A stretch of DNA of 64,000 nucleotides from an uncultured virus (IMG/VR IMGVR_UViG_3300024346_006890) (Duplodnaviria; Heunggongvirae; Uroviricota; Caudoviricetes): the IMG/VR virus record IMGVR_UViG_3300024346_006890. One strand, given 5' to 3'. Within the stretch, counting starts at the first letter, position 1. Each line of letters opens with the position of its first letter. Below the pieces are notes generated by a model. That model did no database searches and was not told where the DNA came from. It was given only the letters and a program-made list of their open reading frames with translations. A program made the position numbers and the translations under genes. Of the stretch, positions 35,597 through 44,500 are shown in pieces.

Positions 35597-36283
35597 ATGT
35601 TCGGAACATCATATACTAATTCTAATTGGCGATCTGCATCTGAGATTAATGGTGCTATGACTCGCGTATACGGTCACATGAGTTTGGCTGTTATAGTGTC
35701 GATGATCGTTAGCCATTTTGTCGGCACCAGTCCAGAACTTCTACAGTTCTTTTTTACCGGAGCTCTTAAGTGGGTTGTAATTTTTGCACCGTTGGTTGCA
35801 ATGTTTGGCATTATGTTTGTCTTAGAAAAGGTAGGTAAGATTGGGGCACAGTTGTTACTATACAGTTTTGCCGCTCTGATGGGTCTAAGTTTTGCAACTA
35901 TTTTTGCTATATTTACTATGGGCAGTATTGCATCAGCATTCATGGGTGCCGCAGTAATGTTTGGTACTATGAGCTTTTATGGATATTTTACTAAAAGAGA
36001 CTTGACTAGCCTTGGACAATTTATGATTGTCGGGTTGATTGCAATTATTATTGCTAGTATCATTAACATTTTTATCGGTAATGCATTGGTTCAGTTAGTA
36101 ATTTCTGCATTAGCTATCATTATCTTTTTAGGATTAACTGCTTACGACACACAAAAAATTCGCGAAGATCTAATGCATGATTCCGGTCCTGTGGCAGAAA
36201 TTCGTGGTGCATTGACATTATATCTCGACTTTATTAACTTGTTTATACACTTGTTACAGCTAATTGGGATTAAGAAAGAATAA
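35597..36283 (+). CDS. Bax inhibitor-1/YccA family membrane protein
   Basis: About 7 TM segments; YGYFTKRDLTSLG, LTAYDTQKI and GALTLYLDFINLF; AAGGAG SD. Confidence 0.93.
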   Translation: MFGTSYTNSNWRSASEINGAMTRVYGHMSLAVIVSMIVSHFVGTSPELLQFFFTGALKWVVIFAPLVAMFGIMFVLEKVGKIGAQLLLYSFAALMGLSFATIFAIFTMGSIASAFMGAAVMFGTMSFYGYFTKRDLTSLGQFMIVGLIAIIIASIINIFIGNALVQLVISALAIIIFLGLTAYDTQKIREDLMHDSGPVAEIRGALTLYLDFINLFIHLLQLIGIKKE

Positions 36284-36408
36284 TGTATAGAGTATATTAT
36301 TATGATTACAATAAAGTAACATCGAGAGATTTTGCTTCATTGCAAGAGGCTTTCAACTTTTGGGGTCGTTTGCCTTTTCAATCTTTTAGAGAAATGGTTA
36401 AAGTATGA
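36283..36408 (+). CDS. Small hypothetical protein (41 aa; not in ORF track)
   Basis: TAATG and ATGA coupling at its two ends. Confidence 0.6.
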   Translation: MYRVYYYDYNKVTSRDFASLQEAFNFWGRLPFQSFREMVKV

Positions 36409-37235
36409 GATCAAGATATTGGAGTTGTTCGAAGTTTGCTGATTGGATTCGCGGTACTGCAAAACTTTCTGCAGGCACTTCAGATCAATGGCACGAATGG
36501 GAAGTTAGCGCAAAAGCAAAGCATCCCATTCGCTACTGGATAGTCGAGGAGGGTCTTGATATGCTTCAAAATTTTGTCAATTGGCCTGTAGATAAAATTT
36601 ATAATGCGAAATACTATATTAATAATCGTTGGGTCACTCGTACTCACGCTCTTACTGCACACCGGAACGATATTTGTCCGGGTAAATGGTGCGACGTTGG
36701 AAATCGGTTTCTGCCCTGCTTGTTTAACGAACTAGTAGACTTTGTTGAAATTGAAACAGCATGGAGTCACATTGCCTGGAGCGACAAGGAAGCAAAAGCA
36801 AAGTACAATGCACCGTTCTGGTCAACTGGTTGGTTCCGTTGGCGTACTTGGCGTTGTCCTCAAGCTGGGCTTGATCACCTTGACTGGGCAATGACACTTA
36901 CCAATGAAGAATGGTTGCCAGAAGAAGAAAAGCACAAAGCAGAACCAACGCTACAAGCAAAGTCAGCTCGTGAAATCAAAGAGCTTTACACATGGTGGAA
37001 GGAAGTATATCCTAACCGGCCAGATCCATACGATGTGTCAGGATGGACTGCTTACTGCGAAAAGGCTCGTGAACTAAATGATGGTCGATTGTTTGGCAGC
37101 AAGGAAACCCCTGAATTAAAAAAACTAAGCGACCGATCACATAAACTGCTACAAAAGATTGAAGCAGACTATGAAAAAGAAGATGAACAAATGATGATTC
37201 GTCTTATCAAAATTCGACAAAGTCTTTGGACATAA
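36405..37235 (+). CDS. Hypothetical phage protein (Trp-rich)
   Basis: 276-aa ORF, coupled to the upstream gene. Confidence 0.8.
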   Translation: MRSRYWSCSKFADWIRGTAKLSAGTSDQWHEWEVSAKAKHPIRYWIVEEGLDMLQNFVNWPVDKIYNAKYYINNRWVTRTHALTAHRNDICPGKWCDVGNRFLPCLFNELVDFVEIETAWSHIAWSDKEAKAKYNAPFWSTGWFRWRTWRCPQAGLDHLDWAMTLTNEEWLPEEEKHKAEPTLQAKSAREIKELYTWWKEVYPNRPDPYDVSGWTAYCEKARELNDGRLFGSKETPELKKLSDRSHKLLQKIEADYEKEDEQMMIRLIKIRQSLWT

Positions 37236-37258
37236 TAAATATAAAAAAGGGGACAAAT

Positions 37259-37522
37259 ATGAAACTAGTAACAGTATTATTTTTAAGCGTAGGATTAGCA
37301 TTTGGATCGGCTGCTTATGCAGGCGGAGAGCCAGCTAAAGGCGAAACCAAAGATGTTAAAGCAGGCGGCAAAACATTAGAAGTTAGAGTGCCAAAATCAG
37401 CAAAAATTAACTGTAAAGATAAAGCCAATGCTGATAAAACAGAGTGCAAGAAACAGCCAAAAGAAATGCCAAAAGTTGAAAAGCCCACAGAGACAGCACC
37501 GGCAGACGCCAAGAAGAAATAA
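37259..37522 (+). CDS. Small exported Lys/Ala-rich protein
   Basis: Signal peptide MKLVTVLFLSVGLAFGSAAYA; one Cys pair; TAAATA upstream at 37236. Confidence 0.7.
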   Translation: MKLVTVLFLSVGLAFGSAAYAGGEPAKGETKDVKAGGKTLEVRVPKSAKINCKDKANADKTECKKQPKEMPKVEKPTETAPADAKKK

Positions 37523-37531
37523 CACTGACAC

Positions 37532-37575
37532 AGCCCGTTCCTCTTTGGCATAGCCATACGAATGGGTTTTCTTTT
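37532..37575 (+). terminator. Possible terminator
   Basis: AGCCCGTTC...GAATGGGTT stem with an inner hairpin, then TTCTTTT. Confidence 0.45.
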
Positions 37576-37588
37576 GGCTAAAAAATAC

Positions 37589-37617
37589 TTGACATTAATG
37601 AACAAATATCATATAAT
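37589..37617 (+). promoter_or_regulatory. Consensus sigma70 promoter
   Basis: TTGACA-N17-TATAAT. Confidence 0.9.
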
Positions 37618-37647
37618 AGATATATAGTGAACAAATAGGATTTCCAA

Positions 37648-38826
37648 ATGGCAACTAAACTTAAAAAGGCTAGCATTGCGTTTCGCCAAAAAGCAAACCG
37701 AGACAACAGTCCTGCTTGGGACGGCTCCCAAGAATGGGATAGCAATAAGTTTAATAAGAATTTCCGTTATGCAATGGATTACTACCGTTTAGAATCTAGC
37801 GTTAAGGATCTAAAGCCTAAGTTAGTAGAATGGATGAATTTGAACGGTTACAAAAAAACTGATTCTAATGCTATTCGAAAAACCAAAGACAAATACTTCA
37901 CCGGTACAATGGTAGCAATTTCTGCTTGCCTAATTCGTGGCATGCCTGAAGTACACGACGGATTTAATGATGGGAAAGATACCGGTGCGTGGTTGCGTAA
38001 CGAAATTGAAAAAGTTATGAAAACAGGCGCGGCGGATCGTGAAGAGGACGAGGATGCGCAAAAAGAAGAAAAACCTGTTGTTTACGTACCTAGCATCCAA
38101 GAACGTGTTCGCGATGCCGCAATGGCGATGACTGAAGAAATTGAAGATGCTTATCAAGGCTTTCAGACTAATCCCGATGAGTTCGATCCTAAAGCATTTA
38201 AAATGCTCAACCTTCTCAAGGGTAAAGGTGCTAAGGCAGCTCATGCACGTATCATTCGTGATTTTTATGCAAAGGATCTTGCAGAGTTAAATGAGCTTGC
38301 TAGCGGTCAAGCAGACGAACAATTGAAAGAAGGTTACAAACATCGTAGTCGTAAACACATTAAAAACTTCATTGCATTCTTGCAGGAAATTGAATCGGCT
38401 TGCAATATGCTGATGCAAGAAGCAAAAATTAACAAGAAACCTCGTGCTAAAAAGCCTACTGATAAAGCAAAGGTTGCTAGTAAGCTCAAGTATAAAAAAA
38501 CTGACGAACCATTGAAGTTAGTTAGTATTAACCCTGTTGATATTATCGGTTCGAAAGAGCTATGGATTTATAATACAAAAAGCCGAAAACTGGGCAAGTA
38601 TGTAGCTAGCGAATATGCCGAACTTGGTATTAAAGGTACTGGCATTACCGGCTTCGACGAAACCAAGAGCATCTGCAAGACTCTGCGCAAGCCTGATGAA
38701 AAACTCAAGGAGTTTAAGGCTGCTGGTAAGATTGCACTTCGGAAGTTCTTGGACGACATTAATGCAACCGACACTCGTATGAATGGTCGCATTAACGAAG
38801 AAATTATCTTACTCAAGGTGGCTTGA
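37648..38826 (+). CDS. Hypothetical large-phage protein (basic C-terminus)
   Basis: 392-aa ORF; LWIYNTKSRKL...KTLRKP...NGRINEEIILLK. Confidence 0.8.
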   Translation: MATKLKKASIAFRQKANRDNSPAWDGSQEWDSNKFNKNFRYAMDYYRLESSVKDLKPKLVEWMNLNGYKKTDSNAIRKTKDKYFTGTMVAISACLIRGMPEVHDGFNDGKDTGAWLRNEIEKVMKTGAADREEDEDAQKEEKPVVYVPSIQERVRDAAMAMTEEIEDAYQGFQTNPDEFDPKAFKMLNLLKGKGAKAAHARIIRDFYAKDLAELNELASGQADEQLKEGYKHRSRKHIKNFIAFLQEIESACNMLMQEAKINKKPRAKKPTDKAKVASKLKYKKTDEPLKLVSINPVDIIGSKELWIYNTKSRKLGKYVASEYAELGIKGTGITGFDETKSICKTLRKPDEKLKEFKAAGKIALRKFLDDINATDTRMNGRINEEIILLKVA

Positions 38827-38838
38827 GATAAGTAATGT

Positions 38839-38882
38839 ATGCGGACTTAGACGCTCATCCCGCATTATAAACTCTGCGTGTC
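38839..38882 (+). ncRNA. Candidate preQ1-I-like riboswitch/pseudoknot leader
   Basis: Stem ATGCGG/CCGCAT, 15-nt loop ending CATC, A-rich tail TATAAACT; loop ACGC can pair with downstream GCGT; sits 5' of a queD-like gene. Confidence 0.5.
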
Positions 38883-38916
38883 ATCAAACTTGCTACCTAA
38901 TTAAAGGAGACTAGAG

Positions 38917-39423
38917 ATGGCAAATCTACAACCCGTACTTTACAAGTACACATCAACAAAAGAATATCACGACGCTTTTCCCTGTGCTTACAGGCAATGG
39001 CGTGCGGATAGTCACTGTAATCTAATTCATGGTTACAGTTTTTCAATGAAGTTCTATTTTGGCACTAACGATTTAGATGTCCGTAACTGGGCGGCTGATT
39101 ATGGTGGTCTAAAAGAACTTAAAAAAGTCTTGGAAGACCAATTCGATCATACTTTAATTGTAGCGGCGGATGATCCAGAAATGGCTACATTCAAACTGCT
39201 ACAAGAAAAGAATATGGCTAAGATTGTTGTTCTACCTAAACTAGGATGTGAAGGACTAAGCGATATGCTCTACAAGTATGTCAACGGTGTTTACATTCCA
39301 GAAATGTGGGGTCCAGGCGAGGCTGCTCGTCTATGGTGCTACCGTGTTGAAGTTCGCGAGACACAAAGCAATATGGCTTTCCGTGAAGGTCATCGTGAAT
39401 GGAACGAGGATCTGTTTGCGTAA
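38917..39423 (+). CDS. queD: 6-pyruvoyl-tetrahydropterin synthase/QueD family protein (atypical)
   Basis: HCNLIHGYSF, DYGGLK, FDHT, GCEGL and VEVRET; AAAGGAGA SD. Confidence 0.8.
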   Translation: MANLQPVLYKYTSTKEYHDAFPCAYRQWRADSHCNLIHGYSFSMKFYFGTNDLDVRNWAADYGGLKELKKVLEDQFDHTLIVAADDPEMATFKLLQEKNMAKIVVLPKLGCEGLSDMLYKYVNGVYIPEMWGPGEAARLWCYRVEVRETQSNMAFREGHREWNEDLFA

Positions 39424-39580
39424 AATTTGGCGCATTTGGGCAAAGGCTCTGGGCGAAAAAGCTGGCAATACGGACGCAGAAGCAGACAAAATTGCTTGCG
39501 TTCGTACTGTAATTGTGTTAATATATGTTATTACTAACTTCTTTATCGTAGCCGGCGTGTTACGTCACTGGTATGACTAA
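39416..39580 (+). CDS. Small membrane protein
   Basis: TTG start after GAGGA; WRIWAKALGEKAG followed by one TM segment. Confidence 0.6.
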   Translation: MRKIWRIWAKALGEKAGNTDAEADKIACVRTVIVLIYVITNFFIVAGVLRHWYD

Positions 39581-40589
39581 AAAAATTGGCTTTGCTTGTA
39601 AGTGGATCGACTTCCCTCATCAAATAGATGGTATTAAACCCAAAGATGATTGTAAACAATACAACACTGGTAGTACCACTGTAGCGTGGTTGCGCAGGCA
39701 ATCTCGCGATGTAGCAGAACAAAAACTATGGGACCTAATGGTAGGTAACATTGAATCAACTCGTAAACTTGTAGAACGTGTAGGAGGTTTAAATGAAAAT
39801 CTTAGGATGGTTCGTATTAGCAGTGATATCCTTCCTGTATATACTGAACCCACTTATAGTTACTTTTGGCGGCAACCCGATGTTAGAGAATATTGTGAAC
39901 GCCATTTTAGTGCTGTTGGTGATAGTGCTCGCGCAAGCAATACCCGTCTTTCTTTTCATCCTGGTCAGTTTACCGTTCTTGCTAGCGATAACCCAGAAAT
40001 TGTGGAAAGATCGATAGAGGAGTTTGAATATCATGTGGATATGGCCCGCTGGATGGGATATGGCAAGACTTTCCAGGACTTTAAAATCAACGTTCACATC
40101 TCGGGTAGAGCCGGCCCCCAAGGCATTCGAGCTGCCCTCCAACGCCTTACCCCCGAAGCGCGAAACACACTCACAATCGAAAACGAAGAAAATGCATGGG
40201 GACTCGACAGCACCCTTGAACTTGCAAAAGATTGTGCCCTTGTACTCGACGTACACCATCACTGGTGCCGTGAAGGAGAGTACATTCAGCCCACCGACGA
40301 TAGATGTAAGCGTGTGATTGATTCGTGGCGTGGTGTGCGTCCTACTATGCATTATTCAGTTAGTCGAGAAGATCTTCTAGTAGATTTCCCTCAAAATGCC
40401 AAACCTAGTATGCAAAGTTTGTTAGAGCACGGATATAAAAAACAAAAACTCATAGCACCCTCTAATTTTGACTGGAATAAATCCGTAAACGAGTGGGCAC
40501 TGAGTTTTTGGGATCAGTTCGATATTATGGCAGAATCTAAGGCTAAAAACTTAGCTAGTATTGCGTTATATGAACAAACGTTGAATTAG
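39573..40589 (+). CDS. uvsE: UV DNA damage endonuclease (UvsE/UvdE)
   Basis: RISSDILP, RLSFHPGQFTVLAS, INVH, TIENEE, LDVHHHW, HYS and MAESKAKN. Confidence 0.92.
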   Translation: MTKKIGFACKWIDFPHQIDGIKPKDDCKQYNTGSTTVAWLRRQSRDVAEQKLWDLMVGNIESTRKLVERVGGLNENLRMVRISSDILPVYTEPTYSYFWRQPDVREYCERHFSAVGDSARASNTRLSFHPGQFTVLASDNPEIVERSIEEFEYHVDMARWMGYGKTFQDFKINVHISGRAGPQGIRAALQRLTPEARNTLTIENEENAWGLDSTLELAKDCALVLDVHHHWCREGEYIQPTDDRCKRVIDSWRGVRPTMHYSVSREDLLVDFPQNAKPSMQSLLEHGYKKQKLIAPSNFDWNKSVNEWALSFWDQFDIMAESKAKNLASIALYEQTLN

Positions 40590-40846
40590 CTTTCTTGCTT
40601 TTTAGCTTTAGGCTTGCGGCCAGCTTTTTTAGCAACAGGCTTTTTTTCACCAGCTGGTTTTTTACTAGCTGGTTTCTTTTTGGCTGGGGCTTGTTGAGTA
40701 ACTTCAACAGTTCCGGCGCCATCAACAACTACTACTGTGGCAGGTGGTTCTCCTAATGCAACAGGAGTTTCAAGTTTATATGGTGCCTCTGGTGCTTTCT
40801 CTTCTGGTGTCTTCCCAAAGAAAAATTCTTTAATTGATTTGAACAT
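40586..40846 (-). CDS. Hypothetical protein with Lys/Pro/Ala-rich histone-like tail
   Basis: AAGGAG SD; PAKKKPASKKPAGEKKPVAKK. Confidence 0.75.
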   Translation of the reverse strand: MFKSIKEFFFGKTPEEKAPEAPYKLETPVALGEPPATVVVVDGAGTVEVTQQAPAKKKPASKKPAGEKKPVAKKAGRKPKAKKQES

Positions 40847-40870
40847 AGTGTTCTCCTTTCGTGAATTTAT

Positions 40871-41158
40871 TTATAATTTACTAATGTCATCTAGACTACT
40901 AGCTGGTTTATCCCAAATAGTTCTACGCTCAGCACCTTTTTTTTGTGCAAATCGCTTACTATCACAGTTATTACAGCAATGAAAGTAATTATTACTTAGA
41001 CGTTTAGGACTTATTTTAGATTTCTCTCTTTTAAATATTTCATTACAATTATCACACCTAAACACAATCGTTGTGCGAGTGCGGATATATTGGTGCTGAT
41101 GTCCTAGTTTACTAGTTCTTGTATAAGTCTTAGCATCACATTCCTCGTATAGATACAT
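40871..41158 (-). CDS. Zn-finger-like hypothetical protein
   Basis: CDNC...CCNNC. Confidence 0.7.
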   Translation of the reverse strand: MYLYEECDAKTYTRTSKLGHQHQYIRTRTTIVFRCDNCNEIFKREKSKISPKRLSNNYFHCCNNCDSKRFAQKKGAERRTIWDKPASSLDDISKL

Positions 41159-41214
41159 GTAACTATTTACATTAAGGTTATAAAAATATACGATAAATAT
41201 TCGAAAGGATTAAA

Positions 41215-41568
41215 ATGATCGCACTATCTGACTCAGCAATTGTTAAAATTAAAGATTTAATCGCAGAAGAAACTAATTCTAATTTAAAACTGCGTGTATT
41301 TGTTCAAGGCGGCGGGTGTTCTGGATTTAGTTACGGATTTACATTCGACGAAGTTGAAAACGAAGATGACTTTATCGTACACGAATCGGGAGTATCTTTA
41401 CTAGTGGATTCTATGAGTATGCAATACTTAAACGGCGCCACTATAGATTACAAAGAAACATTGATGGAATCTAGTTTTACAATTTTAAATCCAAATGCAA
41501 CAACTACCTGCGGGTGCGGTTCTAGTTTTTCAATGGCTGATGATTACTTCGATCATCTAGGGGAATAA
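41215..41568 (+). CDS. erpA: A-type Fe-S cluster carrier (ErpA/IscA/HesB)
   Basis: [15 protein letters not shown] and [14 protein letters not shown]. Confidence 0.9.
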   Translation: MIALSDSAIVKIKDLIAEETNSNLKLRVFVQGGGCSGFSYGFTFDEVENEDDFIVHESGVSLLVDSMSMQYLNGATIDYKETLMESSFTILNPNATTTCGCGSSFSMADDYFDHLGE

Positions 41569-41569
41569 T

Positions 41570-44500
41570 ATGGCAAGACAGAGTATTGATATCGGTGTAC
41601 AAGGAAATGACGGAACAGGCGACAGTATTCGCGAATCGTTTCGTAAAGTAAATGAAAATTTTGTCCAGCTCTTTGCTGTTTTTGGTCAAGGGGACACTAT
41701 TAGTTTTACAGATCTAGATGATACCCCAGAAACCTATGGCTCGGATCAAGTTATTGTATCTAATACCGACGGCGATGCGTTGGTTGCTAAAAATCTTGTT
41801 GGCGGTGAAGGTATTGCTGTTGACCATAGCGATGAAAACGAAATTCGTATTATCAGCACAGGCGGAAAGCTAGCTAACGATGTTGCCCCTAACTTAGGCG
41901 GACATTTAAATGCACAAAATTTCAGTATCGGTAATTTAGCAGAGCCTACAGACGAAACTGCTGCATTGTTCAATGATTTACACGATACTAGTATAACAGC
42001 AGACCAATTAGTAATTACTAGAGGATATGCAGACCAGCGTTATCTACAAGCTAGTGGTGGGCCAGGAACCGGTAGTCAAATTCGTGTTAGAGATGAGCCG
42101 GTAGATTCGAATGAATATACTATTGCAATCAGTAATTGGACTAGCGGTTATGCTTTGATACCGGCTCACGGATTTAATAGCGGAAGTAACGGTATAAGTT
42201 ACAAATACTATATCACAGGTACTGTTCCGGCAACCGGATTAACTATAAGCCCAGTTACAACGTATTATCTACACTACATCGACAAAGACAGGATGAGTGT
42301 CCATCCGACACGAGAAGATGCCATTGCCGGAACCAATAGAATTTTTGTTAACATAGATCCGGAGATTAATTCAATTCTTAGAGGTATTGAAACTTTTGTT
42401 GATGCAAGTTACGATCCTACTCTCGAAGGAAATTGGGTCAGTAATGAAGCACTACCTCGAAAGAGTGTTGTTCGTCGTCAAGGCGACACAATGGACGGCA
42501 CACTAATGTTATCTGATCATCCAGGCACATTGGCTGGTGCCGGTAGTCCTAACGGTGCTGATGATTTGCAAGCTGCAACAAAATACTATGTAGACAACAG
42601 CTCGTTTGCAAGTGCTGTTAATTTATTTGTAGCAATGAACGGCGATGATTTACAAGAATTTACACCAGCAGGGAAAGAAGGTCGTGCATTTGCTTATGCA
42701 TTTGCTACCTTAAATGCAGCTTGCCGAAAAGCAGAACAACTGGTAATTGATAGTTTATCAGAACCCGGTCCGTATAGGCAGGCATTGATGTATGGAAATT
42801 ATACAAACCCTGCATACTTGTATAGTTTTAGCACAGGTATTGGTGCTAGAAGAACACTTAATGTGTTTAGTAACGGGGTTGGCGTTGACCAAAGTAAAGA
42901 TGTTAATAATAGAGATCTAAGAGAAGGCAGTATTATTAAGGGATTGTATAGCGGTGCAACAGGAAAAGTTATTACTTACAGTCCCCCTAGTGGATTAAAT
43001 GATTCTTACGTAATTGAATTATTACATGCTAATACTGATATCACAACATTCCAAAGTGACCATGTTCGAGCATCTGCTAAACTATTGAACAACAAAGCAT
43101 TTATTGCAGCAGAGATTGTAGAGTATATTAAAGCAAAATATCCTAGCCTAGTGTTCAACGAAACAAAATGTAATAGAGATGCGGGACTAATTGTTGATGC
43201 TATTGCTTTCGATATTAAGTACGGCGGAAACAAACAATCAATTGTGGCAGGGCGTGCATATTGGAATGGCGTAGTTAGTGTTTTACCGTTGGATCAACGA
43301 AGTCAGACAATAGACGGCATTAATTATATTAATTTACTAGCACAAGATATTATCGATAATGTTGTTATTAGTGCTGCTGTAGGTATTGGGTATGGTAGAA
43401 GAACTAGTGCCATTGATTATCCACAATACTCATCAGGTGAAGCAGGAGAATCCGGAAGTGATACTTCAATTGCAAGATTGGTAGAAAGTATTGTTAATAT
43501 TGTGGAAAATGGTGAGTACGGAGACGGTACCTATTCGGAATTTATCACCGGTGAACCTTTAGAATTTGGTCAACTTATTCCAGAACTGCATATTACTATT
43601 CGTGTTGAAAGTGGTATTTATTATGAGCAGTTGCCTATTAGAGTTCCAACTAATGTCTCTATTAGAGGGGACGAATTCCGCAGAACAATTATTCGACCTG
43701 CACCGGGCGTAAGTACTAGTCCGTGGGCTAGTCTTTATTTTTACAGAGATAGCACATTTGACGGCTTAACTAGAACCTATGTTGGGACAGCAGCTTCTTC
43801 TAGTTATATTGCTCCAGGTGTTGATCCTTTAAACGAGGCAGGATATTATAAAGTTACTCTAGCAGATACTACCGGCGTAGAAGTAGGCATGTATCTTTAT
43901 GTAACTAGTGGTACAGGTATCTTTGCACCGACAACGCAAGTTACTAGAATAATTAGCACTACTGAATTTGAAATTAACGAACAACCAATTATTACACTTT
44001 CAGGCGCTACTGTAAGAGGTTTAAATTCCTCTGGCCTAGCACCAGAAGGATCTAATTTTGGATATCATTACTTAACAGACCCAACAGGCGTAAGTGGTAT
44101 TTTTGATGATACTATTACTAAAACTTCAGGAAATACAAATGCTGCTGCATTGCTAGCTGCTGCTAAATCATCAATACAAAGTGGAGTCATTTCTTATATT
44201 AACTCCACTTACCCCGAACTAGATTACAACGAAACGTTGTGTAGTCGAGATGTAGGTTATATTGTTGACGCAATCACTAACGACTTAATACTAGGAGGTG
44301 TTCATAGAACTATTGCGGCTGGTGAGGCATACTATAGAAATACCAGTTCCGTTATTGCTATCACAACTCAATTAACTGAAACATTAGATGGTATTGATAG
44401 AATTAATACTCTTGCCCAGGCAATTTTAACAGATCCTAGTGCTGAAAGTAATACAGATTTAATTGTTGCTGATTTAATTGACGGTATTAAAAATATTATA

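Noticed and set aside
28213..41568. Bacterial chromosome or prophage boundary suggested by infA, clpP and erpA
   Set aside because: These genes lack their normal bacterial operon context (no tig/clpX, isc/suf or ribosomal protein genes) and are embedded among phage-type ORFs.
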